DNA from: Thermodesulfobacteriota bacterium
GTDB lineage: Bacteria; Desulfobacterota; Desulfobacteria; Desulfobacterales; C00003060
Length of the DNA stretch: 45,040 bases
Assembly (NCBI GenBank): GCA_034189385.1
Contig: JAXHVD010000021.1
Coordinates: 1-45,040, forward strand
Reading direction: 5' to 3'
A program made the translations under genes and the position numbers. Shown here one piece after another: positions 10,012 through 16,263 of this stretch (the stretch's first letter is position 1; each line of letters begins with the position of its first letter). The notes beneath the pieces were generated by a model, which saw only the letters and a program-made list of their open reading frames with translations, was not told the origin of the DNA and did no database searches.

Positions 10012-10926
10012 TTAAAGACCCCCGCGATTACTTTTGACCAATCTCTTGAGCGTTTTTGCGTTCTTGATGCCGTAGTTCTTGTAGCAATTGTTAAAAAGTA
10101 CAAAGGTCTCATCGGCTTTGGCGTGTACCTCCTGTACCTTTTCTGTCCACCCTTCCAGTTCTTTTTCATCATAAAGGTAGCGATAGCGCTCCACCGTTGC
10201 CACACCCTTTTTGAACCAGTTTTCGCGGTTTCGACCATGAAAACGGAGATAGACAATGGGGGCTGCCACTGCCAGGGGGGCTTCCCAGCCCCTGATCCAA
10301 GGGGCGTCGGTGACCACATAGCTCATGTCGTTTGCTTTTAGGAAGCGTAAGGCCCTGTCCTTCTCTGGAGCGACAATCCATCTCCAATGTCGAAACTCCA
10401 CAGCCAGGCGATGAAACAGGAGTTTTTCCCGGACCAGTTCCAGCCAGGCATAGGACCTGGCAGACGGCACAAACCAGGGCGGGAACTGAAAGAGGAGACA
10501 GCCCAGTTTGCCTGCTTCTTTGAGTGGCCTTAAGGCTGATTGAAACATATCAAAGGCCGCCTCCACGATCTCCTTTGGGAATTCCCTTGCCTGGGCCCTT
10601 TTCAGGATCGCTTTGGGAAGCTCTTGTCTCAGCACCCTTGGGATACCTTTCACCACGGTGGGATGGCCTGTGAGCATGGAATAGGCCTTGATATGGAATA
10701 CGAACTCTGGGGGCGTGCGCTTTGCCCATAAGACAGCGTTCCTTTCCGAGGGCAGGGCATAGTAGCTGGAGTCTACTTCTACGGTATCAAAATGCTCTGC
10801 ATAGAACCTAAGACGGCCTTCCGCGGTAGTTACTTGCCTCGGGTAGAAGGTGCCGCTGTCGATCAGGGTCTTGTCTGTCCACGAGGCCGTGCCTACCCTT
10901 ATTCTTTTTATCTTTGCTTCTTTCAT
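10012..10926 (-). CDS. DUF72 family protein
   Basis: RVGTASW, FYP, YAEHFDTVEVDSSYYALP, LFQFPPWF, AVEFRH, YLRFHGRN, YRYLY, FNN motifs. Confidence 0.9.
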   Translation of the reverse strand: MKEAKIKRIRVGTASWTDKTLIDSGTFYPRQVTTAEGRLRFYAEHFDTVEVDSSYYALPSERNAVLWAKRTPPEFVFHIKAYSMLTGHPTVVKGIPRVLRQELPKAILKRAQAREFPKEIVEAAFDMFQSALRPLKEAGKLGCLLFQFPPWFVPSARSYAWLELVREKLLFHRLAVEFRHWRWIVAPEKDRALRFLKANDMSYVVTDAPWIRGWEAPLAVAAPIVYLRFHGRNRENWFKKGVATVERYRYLYDEKELEGWTEKVQEVHAKADETFVLFNNCYKNYGIKNAKTLKRLVKSNRGGL

Positions 10927-11326
10927 AAAACCCTTTCACTGTCCAAAAGCGCTTTGCCACAATGGATACGCCGCGCAATCCGAAACGGTTCATGACGCCT
11001 TCTACCAGGAGCACCGTACTGGCCAGGATCTTTTTTGCATATCTCGCCTGCACATCTTCAAATACGGTGAGATCAAAGAGACCGTCTTCGTCTTCCAGGG
11101 TCAAAAACATGACCCTTTTTCTACTCTTGGTAGGGGGCGTGTGAATAATGATGACCCGCCCGGCTGCCTTCACCAGGCTTCCATGGGGTTTCCACTTTAA
11201 GGCGGAACTTTGGATAAAGCCGTACGTTTTAAGGTCCTCCCTAAAAGGGGTCATGATGTGTATGGAAGCAGATACCTGCATCACGTCAGACTCGGTTAAA
11301 AACAGGTAAAGGTCCTTTCTATCCAC
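10808..11326 (-). CDS. Stand-alone C-terminal OB-fold portion of DnaE2
   Basis: AGRV..HTPPTKSRKRVMFLTLEDEDG..DLTVF..LLVEG matches the Pol III alpha OB fold; GTG 11326 lies 7 nt after GAGGAGG and overlaps the dnaE2 stop; 3' end overlaps DUF72 by 119 bp. Confidence 0.8.
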   Translation of the reverse strand: MDRKDLYLFLTESDVMQVSASIHIMTPFREDLKTYGFIQSSALKWKPHGSLVKAAGRVIIIHTPPTKSRKRVMFLTLEDEDGLFDLTVFEDVQARYAKKILASTVLLVEGVMNRFGLRGVSIVAKRFWTVKGFYERSKDKKNKGRHGLVDRQDPDRQRHLLPEASNYRGRPS

Positions 11327-13901
11327 AGGCACGCCTCCTCTTGTTCAAGGGGAGCCCCAGGAAGGCACCGGCGAAAGAGAGCCTTAGGATGATCTCCTGT
11401 GGGAGTTTCACCCTGAGACAAAAGGCCTTGATGCTGGTAAAGGGTCCCTTTTCTCGTTCTCTTAAGATCCGTTCAGCAAATTTCGGCCCCAGACCATTTA
11501 TGGCTAAAAGTCCTATTCGGATGCTGTTTTTTTCTGCCGTATAATCTTGATCGCTGTGGTTGATGTGAGGCCTCAGTACCTCAACTCCCCGCCTCTTCGC
11601 CTCGTTTACCATAACGCCTTTGGGGTAAGAGCCCACGTGGCCTGCATTGAGAAGCCCCAGATAGAATTCAAGGGGATGATGGGCCTTGAGAAAGGCGCTC
11701 TGGTAGGTGATGTGGGCAAAGGAGGCTGCATGGGCCTTGCAAAAGCCATAACCGGCAAAGCCTGCCACCATGGCAAATATCTCCTCCGCTGTCTTTTGGC
11801 CGTGCCCTTGTCTTATGGCCCCCTGGATAAAGGCCCTTTTCATCTTTTCCATCTCAGCTGCCGACCGTTTTTTGGTCATGGCCCGCCGCAGGAGATCGGC
11901 CTCGGCAAGGGAAAAGCCGGCGATGCGATGGGCAATCTTTAAGACCTGTTCTTGGAAAAGGACAACCCCGTAAGTTTCTTTAAGGATCGGCTCAAGGTCT
12001 GCATGAGGATAACGAACTCGTTTTTTACCCCTTCTTCGCTCTACATAGGGAGTCACCATGTCTCCCTTCATAGGGCCGGGCCTGAAGAGGGAAATCTCAG
12101 CAATAATATCGGAAAATTTCTGGGGCTGAAGCCTTCCCAGGAGCTGGCGCTGACCAGGCGATTCGACCTGAAAGACCCCTACGGTTTCCGTGGTCCTTAA
12201 GAGACGAAAGGTCTTTTCATCATCTAAAGGGATCTGGTCAAGGTCCAGAAAAGTACCCCGGTCACCAAGACGGTCCAACGTCTTTTGGATGGCCGTGTGC
12301 ATACGGAGCCCTAATAGATCAAGCTTCACCAGACCAAGGGCCTCTACGTCGTCCTTGTCGTATTGGGCTACAGGAAACCCTTTGTTGGACATCTCTAGGG
12401 GAGTCCACGAGGCCAGTTCCTCAGGTGCGATGATCACCCCACCTAGGTGCACTGAAAGCTGATAGGGAAGGCCTGAAATCTTTGCCGCCATCTCTAGGAG
12501 TTCAGCCTCCTCTCTAAGGGGTGTGTCTTTTAGTTCAGGTAGGGTGTGAGATGCAGCTTCAATCTGGGAACTCTTCAAATAATATGGAAGAAAAGAGGTT
12601 AATCGATCAATCTTGTCATAGGAATATCCAAAGGCCCTGCCAAGCTTACGTATGGCCCCACGAGCCCTGAAGGTGGGAATCGTGGCCACCATGGCAGCCT
12701 GGTCTGCATATCTTTCCATGACATAGGTGATAACCTCGTCTCTTCTCATAGAGTCAAAATCAAGGTCCACATCAGGCATGTCTGACCGGCCCTCATTGAG
12801 AAATCTTTCAAACAAGAGATCGTGCTCCAGAGGGTCCACACCTCCAAGAAGCAAATAGGTCATGAGGGACCCGGCGGCAGACCCCCTCACGGTGCAGCGA
12901 ATCCGCCTGGACCTGGCGAAATCCCGCACATCTTTCACCAATAGGAAGTATCCAGAAAGTCCCTTTTGCCGTACAAGGTCCAGTTCCCGTTCCAGATCCA
13001 TAAGGACAGGATAGGGGACCGGCCTATAGGTCTTTGCCAAGGCGGAAAAACAGAGCCTGGTAAGGCGGCTGTCTGCGGACTCGCCTTCAGGCACGGGATA
13101 ATAAGGAGGATGCATTTGGTTTATAGGAAGCGTCAGTTTACAGTTTTTCGCAATACGCACGGCATTTCCCAGGGCCTCGGCATATGGGATTTCTGCCCGC
13201 ATCTCCTTTGCTGATTTGAGATAAAACTGTTCATTGGGAACTCCATGAACATCTCTATGGTGGACCGTCAGCTGGATATCGATAAGCCTTTGATGGACAT
13301 CGAAGTCATCTTTGTCCAAAAAGGCCACATCATTCGTTGCTACCACAGGAAGCCCAGCCTTTTTGGCAAGCCCTGCCGAGGCATCCATGACTTCGTCGTC
13401 GTCTTTAAGGCCATGGTGCTGGATTTCAACAAAGAGTTGCCCAGGCCCAAAACTTTCTTTGAGTCTGTAAAGCCAGTGGCAGGCCTGTTCCAAGTTGCCC
13501 TTAGAAATCAGTCTCTGAAGCCTTCCGTCCTTTCCTCCTGTCAGACAGATGAGATCCTGGGAGAACCGGGTCAGGGCATCCTGAGAACAGGCAGGTTGTC
13601 CCCTTGGATTGTTCATGTGTGCTTCAGACAAGATGCGGCAAAGGTTTCTGTAGCCAGCAAAGGAAAGGGCCAGCAATATCAAAGAAGTCCCATCCCGGAG
13701 GGTAATCTCTGACCCCAGAATCGGCTTCATAGCTTCTGCTGTGGCAGCCTTGTAAAATCGAACAGCCCCATAGAGACCGTTTTTGTCTGTAAGGGCCATG
13801 GCGTCAAACCCTCTCTTTTTTGCGCGCTGCACCAAGGCTTCGGGTGTAAAGGTGCCGTAAAGAAAGGAAAAAGCACTGTGAACATGGAGATGGGTGAACA
13901 T
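11319..13901 (-). CDS. dnaE2: Error-prone DNA polymerase III alpha (DnaE2/ImuC-type), lacking the C-terminal OB fold
   Basis: PHP HLHVHSAFS, RGSAAGS, PDVDLD, KLDLLGL, GVFQVESPG, YGFCKAHAASFA; located in a lexA operon. Confidence 0.85.
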   Translation of the reverse strand: MFTHLHVHSAFSFLYGTFTPEALVQRAKKRGFDAMALTDKNGLYGAVRFYKAATAEAMKPILGSEITLRDGTSLILLALSFAGYRNLCRILSEAHMNNPRGQPACSQDALTRFSQDLICLTGGKDGRLQRLISKGNLEQACHWLYRLKESFGPGQLFVEIQHHGLKDDDEVMDASAGLAKKAGLPVVATNDVAFLDKDDFDVHQRLIDIQLTVHHRDVHGVPNEQFYLKSAKEMRAEIPYAEALGNAVRIAKNCKLTLPINQMHPPYYPVPEGESADSRLTRLCFSALAKTYRPVPYPVLMDLERELDLVRQKGLSGYFLLVKDVRDFARSRRIRCTVRGSAAGSLMTYLLLGGVDPLEHDLLFERFLNEGRSDMPDVDLDFDSMRRDEVITYVMERYADQAAMVATIPTFRARGAIRKLGRAFGYSYDKIDRLTSFLPYYLKSSQIEAASHTLPELKDTPLREEAELLEMAAKISGLPYQLSVHLGGVIIAPEELASWTPLEMSNKGFPVAQYDKDDVEALGLVKLDLLGLRMHTAIQKTLDRLGDRGTFLDLDQIPLDDEKTFRLLRTTETVGVFQVESPGQRQLLGRLQPQKFSDIIAEISLFRPGPMKGDMVTPYVERRRGKKRVRYPHADLEPILKETYGVVLFQEQVLKIAHRIAGFSLAEADLLRRAMTKKRSAAEMEKMKRAFIQGAIRQGHGQKTAEEIFAMVAGFAGYGFCKAHAASFAHITYQSAFLKAHHPLEFYLGLLNAGHVGSYPKGVMVNEAKRRGVEVLRPHINHSDQDYTAEKNSIRIGLLAINGLGPKFAERILREREKGPFTSIKAFCLRVKLPQEIILRLSFAGAFLGLPLNKRRRACG

Positions 13902-13914
13902 AAATATAATGATT

Positions 13915-13979
13915 GGCATAAGGCGTAGGGCGCAAGGTGCGAAAAAATTGCTGCCTTAAAGCCTTATGCCGTGCGCCTT
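13915..13979. repeat. Degenerate heptamer repeats in two opposite orientations downstream of the four-helix-bundle gene
   Basis: GGCATAA GGCGTAG GGCGCAA GGTGCG ... TGCCTTA AAGCCTT ATGCCGT GCGCCTT. Confidence 0.8.
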
Positions 13980-13981
13980 TA

Positions 13982-14335
13982 TTATTTCTCTCTTGCCTGG
14001 ATAAGCCTCGCTAGCATACCTGAAAGGGCCTGACATTCTTGTTGGATATGGCCAAAATGCTCCTTCTTAAGGTAGCCGATCTCATAGGCTATCATGGCCT
14101 GCGTAAGAAGTTCTGCAGAGGAACCCTTTGCCGTATAAAAGAACTTGATAGCCTGCCGGTCCGTATCCAGTTCATCGCCTTCTGCTATGTTACTAGGAAT
14201 GGAAACAGCAGTGCGGCGCATTTGGTCTCTCAAGCCATAGTCTTTGGAAAATGCATTGCCCTCTGTCAATTTATAGATATATACGGCAAGTTCTTTTGAG
14301 CGCTGCCACACCTTAAGTTCCTGAAACTTTCCCAT
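13982..14335 (-). CDS. Four helix bundle protein (23S rRNA IVS-protein/TIGR02436-like)
   Basis: F.EL.VWQ, YGLRDQMRR.AVSIPSNIAEG, F..AKGS..EL.TQ motifs; RBS AAGGGAG. Confidence 0.9.
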   Translation of the reverse strand: MGKFQELKVWQRSKELAVYIYKLTEGNAFSKDYGLRDQMRRTAVSIPSNIAEGDELDTDRQAIKFFYTAKGSSAELLTQAMIAYEIGYLKKEHFGHIQQECQALSGMLARLIQAREK

Positions 14336-14347
14336 CTCCCTTAACTC

Positions 14348-14381
14348 CCTTATGCCCTACGCCTTACGCCCTATGCCTTAT
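14348..14381. repeat. Heptamer tandem repeats upstream of the four-helix-bundle gene, overlapping the lexA stop
   Basis: Minus strand AAGGCAT AGGGCGT AAGGCGT AGGGCAT; 14348-14370 is a 20/23 inverted match to 13915-13937. Confidence 0.8.
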
Positions 14382-14996
14382 ATTACCCCTCTTCCTTATG
14401 AGCCCCACCATGACTCCCAGGATTTTCAAGGATCGGCTCTCTCCCTTTTTAAAAATCAGAGGCCCATACTTTGGATTTGCCGACTCCAGTCTCACCTGGT
14501 TTTGTCTACGGACAAAATATTTCAGGGTCACCTCGTCATCGATAAGAGCAGCCACGATATCTCCGCTTTCAGCCTGCTCCTGCACCTTGATGATCACATA
14601 ATCTCCGTCTTGGATATGGGCATCCACCATGGAGTCTCCCCTGACTTGGACTGCAAAGTTTGTTTCAGTCCCAAAGAACCCCTTATCAATCCCCAGGAAG
14701 TCTTCAATATTCTCAAGGGCCAAAATCGGTGTCCCTGCTGCAATCCTGCCTACCAGGGGGATCTGTCTTTCAGACAAAGGGCGGGCTCCGGGCAGGGTGA
14801 TCCCTCGCCCTTTGCCTGGATGAATCTGGATATACCCCTTCTTTTCCAGGGACCGCAGATGAAAATGGGCCGTGTTGAGGGACCTAAATCCAAAGTGTTC
14901 ACACAGTTCTCTTATGGTGGGTGGGAGCCCATGGTCTGCATTGAAATCCATAAGAAACCTTAATACCTGCCCTTGCTTGCTTGATAGACCTTCCAT
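14364..14996 (-). CDS. lexA: SOS repressor LexA
   Basis: PPTIREL..HLRSLEKKGYI wHTH; GRIAAG cleavage site; GDSM (Ser); VTLK (Lys); ATG 14996 with GGAGG RBS. Confidence 0.95.
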   Translation of the reverse strand: MEGLSSKQGQVLRFLMDFNADHGLPPTIRELCEHFGFRSLNTAHFHLRSLEKKGYIQIHPGKGRGITLPGARPLSERQIPLVGRIAAGTPILALENIEDFLGIDKGFFGTETNFAVQVRGDSMVDAHIQDGDYVIIKVQEQAESGDIVAALIDDEVTLKYFVRRQNQVRLESANPKYGPLIFKKGESRSLKILGVMVGLIRKRGNIRHRA

Positions 14997-15013
14997 AACG
15001 TGTCCTCCACGAT

Positions 15014-15031
15014 ATAGAACAAATGTTCTAT
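15014..15031. promoter_or_regulatory. LexA box 1 (GAAC-N4-GTTC)
   Basis: Palindrome ATAGAAC-AAAT-GTTCTAT between the -10 element and the lexA RBS. Confidence 0.85.
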
Positions 15032-15037
15032 CTTCCG

Positions 15038-15065
15038 AGTATAGAACGAATGTTCTGTATGTCAA
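15038..15065 (-). promoter_or_regulatory. Sigma70 promoter of the lexA operon with LexA box 2 in the spacer
   Basis: TTGACA-16 nt-TATACT on the minus strand; ATAGAAC-GAAT-GTTCTGT at 15041-15058. Confidence 0.85.
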
Positions 15066-15269
15066 GGAAATTCAAAACAGGAAAGTGCCCCTAACCCTTC
15101 GTGGCCTAACCGTTGCAGTGTCAGCGATTCAAGTTGTAGACAGGATTCTGTCATTGACACACAACGCCATCCCTGCTACGCAACTTCCATCGGAAATCAA
15201 CTTGTTATGACCAGTTATCACCAGCCTCACTGTTGTAACCGTGAGTGGTACAGTGAGGTGTTAAGGGCA

Positions 15270-16046
15270 ATGAATCGACAAATCGCCGTCAAAAAGGCCC
15301 CTTCAAAAGAGCTGCATCAAGGATGGTTGCGCTATTTTGAATATCAACGGCAGGAACGAAACCCCATCTTCCGGCGGCGCTTTAAAATCATTGATTTTGC
15401 CGGTTTGAAAGTACTAGAAATCGGGTGCGGTCTTGGCAGCCTATGTATCGATGTGGCCGCCAGTGGGGCCCGCCAGGTGATAGGTCTAGATATCAATGCG
15501 CACAAGATCGATTTTGCCAACAAAATCCTAAGGCTTCATTATCCTCAATTCGTCCAGACCATCCGTTTCAGCACCACGCCTCTAGAGCAATTGCAAGAAG
15601 CCGATTTTGACATCATCCTGTCCAAGGCAGCCTTCGAGCATTGCCTCGACCTGGAAGGCCTGCTGCTACAAATGAAGAAACGCTTAAAACCCGGCGGTCG
15701 CGTCTATTCCGGCTTTGGGCCACTTTACCACAGCCCGTACGGGGACCACGGCTATTGTAAAGCTCTGATTCCCTGGGGACATCTTATTTTGAGCGAAGAC
15801 ACAATCGTCACGCGTCTAAACAGAAAACGAAAGGTCCCCATCCGTTCGATTAGCGATCTCGGTTTGAACCGCCTGTCTTTCAATCAGTATATGTCTGTCT
15901 TTGCCCAATGCGGTCTACGCATTGTCGATTTAAGGACCAACGTCCATGAGAACCTTTTGTATTCCATGCTTTCCAATATGCTGCACCGCATCCCTTTCTT
16001 AGGGAAATATTTCACCTTTAATATCTACTGCATCCTGGAAAAATGA
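15270..16046 (+). CDS. Class I SAM-dependent methyltransferase
   Basis: VLEIGCGLG, VIGLDI, FDIILS..AFEH, LKPGG; ORF opens at 15207, ATG 15270 has an RBS. Confidence 0.85.
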   Translation: MNRQIAVKKAPSKELHQGWLRYFEYQRQERNPIFRRRFKIIDFAGLKVLEIGCGLGSLCIDVAASGARQVIGLDINAHKIDFANKILRLHYPQFVQTIRFSTTPLEQLQEADFDIILSKAAFEHCLDLEGLLLQMKKRLKPGGRVYSGFGPLYHSPYGDHGYCKALIPWGHLILSEDTIVTRLNRKRKVPIRSISDLGLNRLSFNQYMSVFAQCGLRIVDLRTNVHENLLYSMLSNMLHRIPFLGKYFTFNIYCILEK

Positions 16047-16126
16047 GGAAGCGGCAAAAAAGGGGGGAACGCTGACCCCATATTCTCCTGCAGAGGAAAC
16101 AAGGGGAAAAGCCTTTGGGTTTGCAG

Positions 16127-16168
16127 CGAATCCGTCGGCCGCAAGTTCGAATCTTGCTGGGCGCACCA
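16127..16168 (+). pseudogene. 3' half of a tRNA (Arg-like); probable attachment-site scar
   Basis: CGAATCCGTCGGCC-GCAAG-TTCGAAT-CTTGC-TGGGCGC-A-CCA: perfect T-arm, acceptor 3' strand and CCA; no matching 5' half or D-arm upstream. Confidence 0.8.
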
Positions 16169-16176
16169 CACAACAC

Positions 16177-16209
16177 AAAGGGGTTATGGCAAGTTGCCGT
16201 AACCCCTTT
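16177..16209. terminator. Strong hairpin terminator after the tRNA fragment; also downstream of the convergent 936-aa gene
   Basis: AAAGGGGTTATGGCA-AGT-TGCCGTAACCCCTTT. Confidence 0.85.
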
Positions 16210-16263
16210 CTATTCTATTGCCATGGTGCTAAGCCCCATGGCCTTGTTACAAAAGCGCGAGCC

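Noticed and set aside
10808..10935. Programmed frameshift fusing the OB fold to DUF72
   Set aside because: The GGGTTTT run is not in the register for a canonical -1 slip, and DUF72 has its own ATG.
14352..15210. Plus-strand ORFs of 203 and 112 aa
   Set aside because: Antisense to lexA and its promoter; no recognisable motifs.
16090..16168. Complete functional tRNA
   Set aside because: No 5' acceptor strand (GCGCCC..) or D-arm upstream.
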